A DNA stretch of 58,791 bases, the filler included, from Barthelona sp. PAP020 (taxonomy: Eukaryota), in the NCBI GenBank assembly GCA_040182905.1. It is 4 parts of 4 records of this genome, joined end to end, with 100 filler letters (N's around TTAATTAATTAA, not from the genome) between each part and the next. Parts side by side here need not be neighbours in the genome. Positions count along the whole stretch, not along the records: positions 1 to 14,828 come from JARQWU010000296.1; positions 14,929 to 29,705 come from JARQWU010000297.1; 2 more parts are not named here. One strand, given 5' to 3'. A program made the position numbers and the translations under genes. Below, one piece after another: positions 9,207 through 19,999 of the stretch; the stretch's first letter is position 1; each line of letters begins with the position of its first letter. The notes below the pieces were generated by a model, which was not told the origin of the DNA, made no database searches, and worked only from the letters and a program-made list of their open reading frames with translations.

Positions 9207-12200
9207 TTAAAAATCAGAAAGATCTTGCTTTCCAGCATTTTCCAATTTTTCTAAATCTAAGGCCAAATTAGAATTAAAGATAGATGTTCTGTCCAACAAT
9301 CGAAGAATAACTGAAGTAAGAGAAGGGTATTCACGGACTCTGCTTTCTAATAACCTGGCGGCTTCATTTTTAAGATTTTGACGACCGAACCATTGTTCCT
9401 TCCAATGTTGAGACAAATATGAAGTAATAGCAGTTTCAGAAACGTTCAAAATAGAGCAAACTGATTCCAAAGCGAAATTGACTTTGTTCACAATTAAACC
9501 ACAAAGAATGATACCCAATAAATCAGTGATTTCTGGTTCTTCCTTCCACAAATTGATCTTGAATGAGATCAAGTTTGTGAATATTTTTTCAACAACAGGA
9601 TGATCAACAAATGAGATATTTGTGGCCTTTAATTGGTCAAGGAAAGCATAAGCAAATTCAAAAGCCATAATATTGAAGAAAATATCTGAAAAACACTTCT
9701 CAATCATAACAACATCAAGGTTAGTTTCAATTGCCTTTAAAAGGTATTCAATTTGAAGATTATGGTCAGATAAAATGAAAACAAATTGGAAATACAATTC
9801 AGATGATACATAATCAGCAAAAATCTCAAATTCAGAAGAACCCATTTCTAATAAAGTGGGAGAAATACTCTTCTTATTATCAATGAACAATTTAAGAATG
9901 TTAACAAACAAATGTTCAATGATAACAGGAGTTGCTGACTTTTTCAACATATTTTTCTCTCTCTTTGAATAAAAATTGTAAATTGAAGGAATAGCTTCAA
10001 ACAACATAGAAACAAATTCACTTTCCAATAAATTGTTCTTTTCAATAACATTAACATCACTGCAAATAGCAAAAGACAAAGAATTCTCAAATAATTTTTT
10101 GTTTCCAAAAGCTAATTTCACTAATTTACGATATGCTTTAACATAAATGTATGCAACTGCTTCAGGTACTAATTTTCCTGAATTAAGCTCTTCCAAAAAT
10201 TGTGTCTTAATCATCTCATTATTGGTATAGTAATGAGCATCCATTAAAAGATCCAAAACGCGTTTGGTTGTCGCAATACCATTGTCTAAATTTTTAAATA
10301 ACATTTTGGCAAGGTCAACAATTTCTTTCGAAGAAGCAAACGAAAATAATCTCATAAGAGCGTTAGAAATGAAAGGTACCCAAACTGAACGACTAATACA
10401 AGACATACCATATGGGCGAAGTGATTTATTGGCAAATAGACTGACAAACAAATTTTGGAAGAACAATTTGCATCTTGTAATCACATCAGTGTGAACAAGA
10501 ATTAGTTTTTCGGCAAAATTTTTCAAAACCACTTCGTCTAATTCACAAATTACACAATCAAGCAAATATAAATTTTTGACATCAGAATAAGCAAAAGATA
10601 CACGAGCAGAATTATCAACTGAAGAGGCAAAAGATGCAGTGTAAGATCTCAACATTGATTCAGGATAATATGTCAACAATGATTGTTGCTCACTGGTCAA
10701 TGAAGAAAAGAATATTTTATCTTCCCAGAAAGTTCTGAAAATAGCTTCATATTCAGTTGAACGAAGTTGAGCGAGTGTACCTCTCTTTGAATGAATTTGA
10801 GTTGCAATTGAAATTAACTTTTTAACTAAAGGCATACCTTCATTTCTTGTTGTGAAAATTTTGAAACATTCACTCAAATTAAAACGAATTGAAGGTAAAC
10901 GTTCCAAATTTAGCTTTGAAAATGCTAATTCAGCTTTAGATAAAATGGCTTTAGGTATAGCAACATCAAAATGTTCAAACCATCTGTATAAAACAGAACT
11001 TGTTTGAACAAGTGAAAAAACTGTATGTTTGTTATCCTTTGCGATCTTCTTTTCATTGATTTCAATGATATAATCAATAGTTTCCTCTAAAGGTGCAAAT
11101 AATGAAGATGCAAAAATAGGGTGATACTTAGGATTATTACCAATAACCATAAAAAGACATTTAAAACCCTCAGAACGGTAAAAAGGCAACATAAGGATTT
11201 TGTTCAACTTTTCAAACAACACAACATCATCACTTTCATTAGCCTTTTTCATAATACCCAAGAATATGGTATTAAGAATATTGTTGTAACTGTAATAAAC
11301 AGAACCAGCTCTAGTAAATGAAGTGTGCATGATTTCAAGTGAACTAATGAATTTATCAGTGGTTTCTTCAGGAATTGCATCCTTTAATTCCAAAATATTG
11401 ACAAAAACAGCAGTATCTGCTTGATCCCATGTCATAGTTCCATAAGACTTGGGATTATCGGAAGCTGAAACAATTTTATCAGCAATAGTTTCCAAGAAGT
11501 TCCAACATTTTGGAGTAAACTTTGCAATGAACTCAGGAGTTGCCTTCTTTGTGATTCTGTTACCTTGTGTTGCATTAATTGAAAAGGATTTAATTGACTC
11601 AAAATCTTTGTACCATTTAAATCCTTTATTTGTTTTAGACCTTGTCTTTTGCCAAACTTCAGGACTTTTTGGCATTGCATAATCAATAAAACTCACAAAA
11701 GAGGTAATGACAAAATTGTAGAAGACAGAACTAAACTGTAATTCATGTTGTAAAAAGTTTGACAATTTTTTGCAATAATTAATATTTGGATCCCAGTAAT
11801 GAGAAACAGAAAAAGTCATGGGAATAGATTCACGCTTTTTAAAAGGCAAAGAACGTTCAGGACGGTCAATAATATTCAAATCAGTGTCAAAAACGTAATT
11901 CTCACCAACAAGATAAGTATAAGAACGTAAGAAATGATTCTTGTCTGCTTTTTCATGTGTGTAAATCCAAGAACTTCCATTAAAATAAGAATAGTTATAT
12001 CTCAGAACTGTAATAATAAGGTTCTTGAATATGTTATAATAAAATTCGTTGATTTTTTCATCTTCATGTACAAGACAAATCATCTGAACCATGCAAGAAG
12101 CAAAAGAGTACATCAATGAAGGGTTGGCAGTCTTTGCAAAGAAATTTAAACTTGCATTCCACAAGTATTCTAATAATTTCTCATGTTTCATACATAATTC

Positions 12201-13787
12201 ATGCTTATGAATAATATGACCCAATTCAACAGAAAATGAGGCATCAACACGTGTCAAACACTTAATAGCTCTAACCATTGCCTTGAAAGGTGTAGGACTA
12301 TCAACACAACGTTTAAATAAGATACGAACAGCTTCAACTCTATGGTCTGGAGAAGAAAGATATCCACCTGGTTGCAAAACTAATTCTTCCCATTCAGTGA
12401 GCATTGCAGTTTCACCATGTAATTGAACACTTCTTAATTCACTTGAAAATTGATCAGGAAATTCACAAAGCTTATGAAATGGAGAGGAAACCATTCTTTC
12501 TTTGAACATAAATTTGTCAAAATCATAAAGTTGTTTAAATGGAGAGTTATGAACAAAACGATCCTGTGAATATTTGTCAATATAGTCGAGAAAATCGACA
12601 ACCAATTCTCTATCGATCAGTTTAAGATAAAACATCCAATTGTCAAAATAAGTAGCTAGATTTTGAACCGAATATAAATCAGGAATAATCATTAATTTGT
12701 CGATATCAGAAATATTTTGAAGTTTTGAAAACAATTTCATCAAAGAATTTGCAGAAAGTTTGGTTCCATCTTTTAAATAAGCGATACCAGGTCTATCGAT
12801 CAACAAATTATTTGTGTATTTGGAAACAAAGTTTCTTTTTTCTTTAATCTCTTGATCTTCAAAAAGAATTTCTTCTTTTAAGAGAACATCAATCATCTGT
12901 AAGTAAAATGACTCAGTGATGATGTGAGGAATGAATCCATTGGGGGTGAAGTTATTGAAAAAGTTAGTTTCAAGCACTTTATCCTTATTCATTTTAAAAC
13001 CATACTTGTCAAAATTCTTAATTTCATATTTGTCTTTGATTGGAAGATTCTCCAAATCATAAATATAATTTTTGGAAGTAAAGAAGATGTTCTTAATAGC
13101 AGGAAATACCTGTTCACAATTCTTTTGATTGACAATTCTGAGCAAACAATAAATCAAAGCATTCTTAGGAACACTATCAACAATTGTTTTGTCAGAATCA
13201 AAAGGGATGAGACGCTCAAATCTGGGAGGAAGATCAACTGGATCAAAATTAATAATGTTGTCACGAATTAAAGCAGCACATAATCGGATAAAGTAAGGAT
13301 TTGATTTAATTGAAGATGGTAATGCATCATAAATTACTTCGGAAGTGGAAAAACGCTTATACAAAACTTCAAAAGGTTCATAACATGATAACATTTCATG
13401 AAATTCAACAAAATCACTATCATTCAAAAACTTATTAGCCATGTCTTGATATCTGGGACAACAATCAACAATTCTATACATAATACTGAAACGATAAGGA
13501 TATGAAAGTTTTAATATTCTGTTTTTTGCAACTTCAAAATCTTTAGTCAAGAAGCTATCAAGGTTTCCATTACGACGGAAAAACTTGCGGAAATCCCTCA
13601 AAATTCCAACATCAAAAAGGTGCAAATGATCAACTAATAAATCCCATTCTTTGTTGTTACGGAATTTAAGAAGTAAAATCTTTTGCTCAATATAAGAAAG
13701 AGATGAAACATCTGAAATGTCAACTTCAACATCCAAAACGGCTTTTTGAAGCTTAGCTCCAGAAAAATATTTTAATTGCTCAAACAT
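9207..13787 (-). CDS. Large hypothetical protein, 1526 aa, probably alpha-helical
   Basis: 4.6-kb uninterrupted ORF in AT-rich DNA with a T-tract before the ATG. No motif recognised. Confidence 0.85.
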   Translation of the reverse strand: MFEQLKYFSGAKLQKAVLDVEVDISDVSSLSYIEQKILLLKFRNNKEWDLLVDHLHLFDVGILRDFRKFFRRNGNLDSFLTKDFEVAKNRILKLSYPYRFSIMYRIVDCCPRYQDMANKFLNDSDFVEFHEMLSCYEPFEVLYKRFSTSEVIYDALPSSIKSNPYFIRLCAALIRDNIINFDPVDLPPRFERLIPFDSDKTIVDSVPKNALIYCLLRIVNQKNCEQVFPAIKNIFFTSKNYIYDLENLPIKDKYEIKNFDKYGFKMNKDKVLETNFFNNFTPNGFIPHIITESFYLQMIDVLLKEEILFEDQEIKEKRNFVSKYTNNLLIDRPGIAYLKDGTKLSANSLMKLFSKLQNISDIDKLMIIPDLYSVQNLATYFDNWMFYLKLIDRELVVDFLDYIDKYSQDRFVHNSPFKQLYDFDKFMFKERMVSSPFHKLCEFPDQFSSELRSVQLHGETAMLTEWEELVLQPGGYLSSPDHRVEAVRILFKRCVDSPTPFKAMVRAIKCLTRVDASFSVELGHIIHKHELCMKHEKLLEYLWNASLNFFAKTANPSLMYSFASCMVQMICLVHEDEKINEFYYNIFKNLIITVLRYNYSYFNGSSWIYTHEKADKNHFLRSYTYLVGENYVFDTDLNIIDRPERSLPFKKRESIPMTFSVSHYWDPNINYCKKLSNFLQHELQFSSVFYNFVITSFVSFIDYAMPKSPEVWQKTRSKTNKGFKWYKDFESIKSFSINATQGNRITKKATPEFIAKFTPKCWNFLETIADKIVSASDNPKSYGTMTWDQADTAVFVNILELKDAIPEETTDKFISSLEIMHTSFTRAGSVYYSYNNILNTIFLGIMKKANESDDVVLFEKLNKILMLPFYRSEGFKCLFMVIGNNPKYHPIFASSLFAPLEETIDYIIEINEKKIAKDNKHTVFSLVQTSSVLYRWFEHFDVAIPKAILSKAELAFSKLNLERLPSIRFNLSECFKIFTTRNEGMPLVKKLISIATQIHSKRGTLAQLRSTEYEAIFRTFWEDKIFFSSLTSEQQSLLTYYPESMLRSYTASFASSVDNSARVSFAYSDVKNLYLLDCVICELDEVVLKNFAEKLILVHTDVITRCKLFFQNLFVSLFANKSLRPYGMSCISRSVWVPFISNALMRLFSFASSKEIVDLAKMLFKNLDNGIATTKRVLDLLMDAHYYTNNEMIKTQFLEELNSGKLVPEAVAYIYVKAYRKLVKLAFGNKKLFENSLSFAICSDVNVIEKNNLLESEFVSMLFEAIPSIYNFYSKREKNMLKKSATPVIIEHLFVNILKLFIDNKKSISPTLLEMGSSEFEIFADYVSSELYFQFVFILSDHNLQIEYLLKAIETNLDVVMIEKCFSDIFFNIMAFEFAYAFLDQLKATNISFVDHPVVEKIFTNLISFKINLWKEEPEITDLLGIILCGLIVNKVNFALESVCSILNVSETAITSYLSQHWKEQWFGRQNLKNEAARLLESRVREYPSLTSVILRLLDRTSIFNSNLALDLEKLENAGKQDLSDF

Positions 13788-14828
13788 GTCAAAAAAAAAT
13801 AAGTCAATGAAAATAAAAATAAAAAAACTTGCTTTCTTCTTTCATTTAGCAATGAAAAAATTTGAATAAATTATCTTCAATGAACAAATTTATAAAATTT
13901 GCAAACAACAAATATAGAATGGTGATAAAAATTTCCTTTTTCAACAAAATTTCATAATTTGAGTCTTTTTTTCTTCACCAAAAAACGTGACAAAATTCAA
14001 TCAATTATATTGTTGAAATGATTAAGAGTTTAGGCAGACTGAGAATGAGTGAAAATTGAACTTTGGCAAGAAGTTTGAACTGGAAACTTCACATCAAAAT
14101 GTTGCAATTTTGAAAAGTCCAAGTGATAGGATAAAATAGTTTGATTTTAAACAAATGGATACAAGTTCACACAGTAACAATAAGGAATGGCAATAGTTCG
14201 TCCCCAAGGTCATGAAAAACTCATTAACTCGATAGAAATAGAAGTTTTTGGTGTAAAAAAGCGCAAAGCGGTCAGGTTTCAAACAAACAAAAAAAATAAT
14301 GTGTTTGAGGTTTTTTCTTTCAATTTCTGAAATCACTAGGGATCCAAATTGAAAAACTCAAGCAATAACATGGAAGGGTAAGAAATTTAAGAACAAAGAT
14401 ACAACTATATGAAGCAACTTAACACAGAACATCAAAGTTTTACAAAGAAAACATAAGTGAAGACATTAAAAAAGAATCAGGGGGTGACAGAAAAACAGAA
14501 ACATTTTCGTTTACATAATTGCACAAACTCTATCCGAGAACAATAAGGGTCTTTATAAGCGTTTATTATTATTGTGAAGCGCAGCCAGCATTTGATAAGA
14601 GAGCAACAGGAAGAAAATGTTTGGATGGGTTTGTGTGAGTCAAGAAAAAACCCACAATATGCTAGCCTGTTTCCCTACACCAGATCAACCAGTATCAGAG
14701 ATTAATCCTACAAAGTTTCAGCCTGTGACAAGAACTTTGCGGGAAAAGAGAAAAGAATGTTTTCCGGTGCAGGAAAAACTTTCCCGTCATTTCTGAACAA
14801 GTTAGAATTTCAAAATTGGAAGATGTTA

Positions 14829-14928
14829 NNNNNNNNNNNNNNNNNNNNNNNNNNNNNNNNNNNNNNNNNNNNTTAATTAATTAANNNNNNNNNNNNNNNN
14901 NNNNNNNNNNNNNNNNNNNNNNNNNNNN
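14829..14928. other. Artificial scaffold-joining linker (N44-TTAATTAATTAA-N44)
   Basis: 100-nt spacer with a six-frame stop palindrome at 14873-14884, identical to the two other linkers. Confidence 0.97.
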
Positions 14929-16203
14929 TTCTTGGTGTGTTCTCAACTTCCTCTTTATGGAATTACATCTACAAAATCTTCAGATCCTTATTATTGGAGT
15001 CGTGTTATTATGGCTTCCAACAGAGGTACTTTGATGGAATTGGGTATTTCACCAATTATGACATCATCTTTAATCATGCAACTTCTTATGGGTGCAGGTA
15101 TTCTTAAAGTTGATATGTCTAATGCAACGGAAAGAGGATTATTCAGATCAGCTCAAAAGTTGTTTGGTTTAGTTTTCACTTTAGGTCAAGCTGTTATTTT
15201 TGTTTTGAATGGTATGTATGGTGATGTTTATGAATTGGGATGGTTCAACGGATTTTTAATTGTTTTGCAACTCTTTTTGGCAGCCATTCTTGTTTTATTG
15301 TTGGATGATATTCTCTCAAAGGGTTATGGTTTCCAAGGAGGTATTTCTATCTTTATTGCTTGTAACACTTGTGAGACAATTGTTTGGAAGGCATTATCTC
15401 CTACTACAGTTAATTATGGTCAAGGTCCTGAAATGGAAGGTGCCCTTGTTGCTTTATTCCATTATCTTTTCAAAGAAGATGATAAGATTAAAGCTTTACA
15501 ATTGGCTTTCTTCCGTCAACATCTTCCTAACATTACTAATTTGTTAGCCACTGTTGGTGTTTTCTTTGTTGTTGTTGCATTGGAGAATATTGGTGTTGAT
15601 ATTAAGGTTAAACCCAAAAGTGTCAAGGGAAATGAGACAAACCATCGTATTAAATTACTTTATACTTCAAACATGCCTGTTATGTTACAATCAGCATTAT
15701 TCTCCAATCTTTTCGCCTTCTCTCAAATGTTGTATGGCCGTTTACCTAACAATCTTTTCATTAAGCTTTTGGGAAAATGGCAAAGCACTGAAAATGGTCA
15801 AAGATATGCAGTTGGTGGATTAGCATATTTGATTTCTCCTCCTTTATCTATGAGACATGCTATTGTTAACCCTGTTCATACTTTATTGTATATTTCGGTT
15901 ATTACTATTACAACTATGATTTTTGGTTATATTTGGCCTTCTTTGTCAAATGCTACCGCTAATGATGTGTATCAAGATCTAGAAAGACAAGGTTTACAAG
16001 TCCCTGGTTTTGATAGAAAGAAAAAAGCTATCGATTACTTGAATCATTATGTTCCTCCTTTGGCTTTAGTTGGTGGTGCTTTAACTGGTATTTTATCTGT
16101 TGGAGCTGATCTTATGGGTGCTATTGGTTCAGGTACTGGTATTCTTCTTGCTGTTGGTATGGTTTCCAAGATTGCTGAAGAGTTACAAAAGGACATGAAT
16201 TAG
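14929..16203 (+). CDS. SEC61A: Protein translocon subunit Sec61 alpha, 5' end truncated by the linker
   Basis: CSQLPLYGI, SNRGTLMELGISPI, IKLLYTSNMPVMLQSAL and GAIGSGTGILLAV. Confidence 0.97.
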   Translation, partial: FLVCSQLPLYGITSTKSSDPYYWSRVIMASNRGTLMELGISPIMTSSLIMQLLMGAGILKVDMSNATERGLFRSAQKLFGLVFTLGQAVIFVLNGMYGDVYELGWFNGFLIVLQLFLAAILVLLLDDILSKGYGFQGGISIFIACNTCETIVWKALSPTTVNYGQGPEMEGALVALFHYLFKEDDKIKALQLAFFRQHLPNITNLLATVGVFFVVVALENIGVDIKVKPKSVKGNETNHRIKLLYTSNMPVMLQSALFSNLFAFSQMLYGRLPNNLFIKLLGKWQSTENGQRYAVGGLAYLISPPLSMRHAIVNPVHTLLYISVITITTMIFGYIWPSLSNATANDVYQDLERQGLQVPGFDRKKKAIDYLNHYVPPLALVGGALTGILSVGADLMGAIGSGTGILLAVGMVSKIAEELQKDMN

Positions 16204-16334
16204 TTGAAATAGAAATGTTTTTTTTTTTTTGAATTTTCAAAAGGATCCATTTCATCAAATTGTGAAAGTGTTGCATAAAAATTTTAACAGAGTTAACTAT
16301 CATTTTTTTTTTTTTTCAAATTGATTATGTCGAC

Positions 16335-19300
16335 ATGAATGAACTTGATGTTGAAAAAGGGATTTCATTTATAGAAAAGTATGATAAAAACAGACCTTGG
16401 AATTTACAAATTTTCAATCATATTGTTGATGAAACTGATGAAGTTTTAATTGATTTGTTTAATAGTTTGATACTTAATAAATTATTGGATTTAAATACAA
16501 TAAATCATAATGAATTATTAAAATTTTGTGTTGAAAATGAAAAGATTGTATTTTATGAATATTTATGTGAAGAATATGAATTAAAAAGTTATACTCTGTG
16601 TGAATATTGTTTATTTAATGAAGAACAGACCCAAACACAAAAGAATAAATTTGTTCAAGAACTCAAACCAAAGTTGAAATATTTTGGTAAATGTTTAAAA
16701 TATGAGAAAAATTTGTTAACTGAAAAGAATTTATCTGTCAATTATTTTGATTGTTTGCAGAAGCATAAAAAGCGTATAACCAACATGATTGCAAATGATA
16801 AATATATTGTTTCAATATCTAATGATCCCCTTGTAGCAATATGGGATTTATATACTCATATGTGTGTTCGTGAGGTGATTAAGAACATATATTCGATGAA
16901 ATTTTCTTCAGATAACAAACATTTATTGTTGTTTGGTAAAGGTGTTGGATATATATATTCTACGACAACATGGTTGATGATTAAAGAATTGAACATAAAG
17001 AGCAGACATGAATATATGATATCATGTGAGTTTAATGATGATTTTATTGTTTGTGGAGATAGTTTTGGGTATATATATATGTGGACATGTGATTTTGAGA
17101 TTCAAAAGTTCAGCAAGATGAAGAAGAAAAAAGTGTTTGATTGTGTGGTATCATGTTTACGTTTTATTGATGACAGTAAATTAATTTTAAGTTCATGGGA
17201 TGGTGAATTAATGATTATTGATTGTTTAAACAATTGGCAAACCATTTTCTCTTTGAAGACTGCTCATGATGATAGCATTAACAGCCTAGATTATTTCAAT
17301 ATTGATAATTTATTGGTTACTGTTGGTTATGATAACAAGATAAAGTTATGGAAGTATGAAGACAATGCACTTATTTCTCTAGCTACTGTTTATAATTTTA
17401 CTGGAAGTGGAATTTGTGAAGTCAAATTTTTTCAAGATGGAAATCAGTTAATTGCTAGTACTTTTGACGGTCAAATTAATGTATGGAATATTCAATCAAA
17501 AGAGATTATTCAAAGTATAGAAGCTTATGGCGGTCTTCAATTTGTGATAGTTGAAAGTATTGATAAAAATGAATTGATTTTAGCAAATAGGAATATTGAA
17601 TTCTATTCGATAGAAAGTAAAGATATGAAGCAAGCAATTTTAAAGGAATTTACTTTTTTAAAACGTATTTTGATAAAAGAATCTTTTTTAAGTGATGGAG
17701 GTCTCTGTTTACCTTTGTTACGGTATTTTTCCTCAGATTCTCTGATTTTTACTGAATTGATTGAAGAAGGAATTAATTTAAATCAAAAAGAATATGATAT
17801 TTTTAAGTTTTCTCAACAAATACCTATAAATCCTGTAATTTCAGAAAAAGAATCAATTAACATAAATAATATGAGTAATAATAGTGCAATTTACGTACAT
17901 CTTATTCCTGATTTTAATAATTTTCAAAGTTTTCAAAATTTCAATTATAAGAAAGAACAAGAAATAAAAGAGCCAAATATCACATGGAATGACATTCATT
18001 TTACATTTATCAAACAATTTCCAGATGATTTTTTAAAAAGATTAATTATTGAAAAGGAATTTTCAAATAAAGATGTTTTTGCCAGTATGAATCTTGCTTT
18101 TGCTTGTATTAAATATAAAAAAATTGAAACTTTGAAAATTTTATGGAATAAAGGTATTTTAACCAAAGGTATCATTCAAAATATCTTCTTGACAAAAAAT
18201 TTTGAATTGATTAATTCATGTCTTGGCTTAGAAAATATTATTGGGGTAAACTTAAATTTTGGTAACATAGATACGATTATTTCTTCAAATGAAGTAATTT
18301 GGGATATAATTACTGGAATGAAAGTTATTCATAACAAAATTTTTGTTTCAACATATAACACACTGAAAGTTTTCAATCTTGATTTCAATTTATTGAATGA
18401 AATTTCTCAAACCAATTCTCATTATATAATGGCTGATTTAAGTTCTTCAATTAATCCTGAACGTTATATTGCTTCATGTATCAGTGATGAACAAGTCACT
18501 GTTTTTGATTATAGAACAATATCTGCAGTTCGTAGATTGACAGATTATTCAAGTATTCCAATCAAGATAGCCTTTTCTGCTTCTTCCAATAAATTTTTAT
18601 ACATCTTATATTCAAATGGTAAGTTATGTAAATGGAACATTGATACAAATAGAATATTCAAAAAAGTTAATGTTCTAGACGGTATTTCATTGATTGTGAA
18701 TAAAAGTATGGTTTGTATTGGTTTTATTGATGGTAATGTTAAAGTTTTCGACACTAATTTGAACTTTATGACAAAAATTGATGTAAAGAATTGTTGTTGT
18801 TTTGCTAACTCAAACAATAATGAATTATTAGCTTTAGGTACTATTGAAGGAGATATTTACATATATAACAATAGATTGAGTCAAATAATTCGAAAGTTTG
18901 ATAGTTTTGGAAAAAATATTTCAAATATTGTTGGATTATTGTTTTTGGAGAATGATTCTCGGTTAATATCTTTGTGTAAAACAGGTATTTTGAAATTATG
19001 GGTTGTAAACAATGGTTATTTGATTGAAAATTGTTCTACTGGATATAATGCAGCAACATGCATGTGTTATGTTGAGTCATCTAATTTATTGTTAGTAAGT
19101 GTTGGTAAAACTATTGTTAAAGTTCAATTGGAAGGTTTAAGACAGTTTCGGGAACGTTTATTTGACGATTTTAGTTCTTACTCAGAATTTTTGCTTGAAT
19201 ATGCTGACATGAACAATGGTGGAGCTTTGATTCCTTTTTTCAAGGGAAAAATATTGAATATTGAAGATGAGGTGGTAAAAAAACTGTTGGATTTGAAATT

Positions 19301-19355
19301 GGTGTTAAATCTGGAAGAAGAAGAACTTTTGTGCAAAAATCTTAAAAAAAACTGA
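16335..19355 (+). CDS. WD40-repeat protein with two tandem helical-WD40-helical modules
   Basis: WD blades (HKKRIT...AIWD, AHDDSIN...IKLWK, INVWN). Duplicated flanking motifs are GGLCLPLL/GGALIPFF and FCVENEKI/ACIKYKKI. Confidence 0.85.
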   Translation: MNELDVEKGISFIEKYDKNRPWNLQIFNHIVDETDEVLIDLFNSLILNKLLDLNTINHNELLKFCVENEKIVFYEYLCEEYELKSYTLCEYCLFNEEQTQTQKNKFVQELKPKLKYFGKCLKYEKNLLTEKNLSVNYFDCLQKHKKRITNMIANDKYIVSISNDPLVAIWDLYTHMCVREVIKNIYSMKFSSDNKHLLLFGKGVGYIYSTTTWLMIKELNIKSRHEYMISCEFNDDFIVCGDSFGYIYMWTCDFEIQKFSKMKKKKVFDCVVSCLRFIDDSKLILSSWDGELMIIDCLNNWQTIFSLKTAHDDSINSLDYFNIDNLLVTVGYDNKIKLWKYEDNALISLATVYNFTGSGICEVKFFQDGNQLIASTFDGQINVWNIQSKEIIQSIEAYGGLQFVIVESIDKNELILANRNIEFYSIESKDMKQAILKEFTFLKRILIKESFLSDGGLCLPLLRYFSSDSLIFTELIEEGINLNQKEYDIFKFSQQIPINPVISEKESININNMSNNSAIYVHLIPDFNNFQSFQNFNYKKEQEIKEPNITWNDIHFTFIKQFPDDFLKRLIIEKEFSNKDVFASMNLAFACIKYKKIETLKILWNKGILTKGIIQNIFLTKNFELINSCLGLENIIGVNLNFGNIDTIISSNEVIWDIITGMKVIHNKIFVSTYNTLKVFNLDFNLLNEISQTNSHYIMADLSSSINPERYIASCISDEQVTVFDYRTISAVRRLTDYSSIPIKIAFSASSNKFLYILYSNGKLCKWNIDTNRIFKKVNVLDGISLIVNKSMVCIGFIDGNVKVFDTNLNFMTKIDVKNCCCFANSNNNELLALGTIEGDIYIYNNRLSQIIRKFDSFGKNISNIVGLLFLENDSRLISLCKTGILKLWVVNNGYLIENCSTGYNAATCMCYVESSNLLLVSVGKTIVKVQLEGLRQFRERLFDDFSSYSEFLLEYADMNNGGALIPFFKGKILNIEDEVVKKLLDLKLVLNLEEEELLCKNLKKN

Positions 19356-19465
19356 AATTTTGAAATTTTGAAACAGTTTTAACATTTAGAGAAAATTTTT
19401 AAATTGTAAATTGTAAATTATGTGTAATATGTTTTTGTTTTGTCACCTTAACAGAAAGGAAACAT

Positions 19466-19937
19466 NNNNNNNNNNNNNNNNNNNNNNNNNNNNNNNNNNN
19501 NNNNNNNNNNNNNNNNNNNNNNNNNNNNNNNNNNNNNNNNNNNNNNNNNNNNNNNNNNNNNNNNNNNNNNNNNNNNNNNNNNNNNNNNNNNNNNNNNNNN
19601 NNNNNNNNNNNNNNNNNNNNNNNNNNNNNNNNNNNNNNNNNNNNNNNNNNNNNNNNNNNNNNNNNNNNNNNNNNNNNNNNNNNNNNNNNNNNNNNNNNNN
19701 NNNNNNNNNNNNNNNNNNNNNNNNNNNNNNNNNNNNNNNNNNNNNNNNNNNNNNNNNNNNNNNNNNNNNNNNNNNNNNNNNNNNNNNNNNNNNNNNNNNN
19801 NNNNNNNNNNNNNNNNNNNNNNNNNNNNNNNNNNNNNNNNNNNNNNNNNNNNNNNNNNNNNNNNNNNNNNNNNNNNNNNNNNNNNNNNNNNNNNNNNNNN
19901 NNNNNNNNNNNNNNNNNNNNNNNNNNNNNNNNNNNNN
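19466..19937. other. Intra-scaffold assembly gap (472 N)
   Basis: N run without the linker palindrome. Confidence 0.97.
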
Positions 19938-19999
19938 AAATAAACACCATTCTCTTTTATTCACTCATACGCACAGTGCTTCTTGGCTTGGAAATAATT
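19938..19999 (+). repeat. Dispersed repeat end, copy A (inverted copy at 43937-43998)
   Basis: 52/62 ungapped identities to the reverse complement of 43937-43998, including the identical core ACGCACAGTGCTTCTTG. Confidence 0.8.

Noticed and set aside
14060..14352. Several TAG/TAA codons in one frame, suggesting stop-codon reassignment
   Set aside because: The read-through product resembles nothing. TAG, TAA and TGA each end conserved genes here (Sec61 and SRP54; MCM5; TTC5), and no conserved gene has internal stops.
14873..14884. TTAATTAATTAA palindrome occurring three times
   Set aside because: Artificial six-frame stop linker embedded in fixed-length N runs.
16327..16338. Three-codon uORF (ATG TCG ACA TGA) overlapping the WD40 start
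   Set aside because: Easily arises by chance, and the TSS is unknown.
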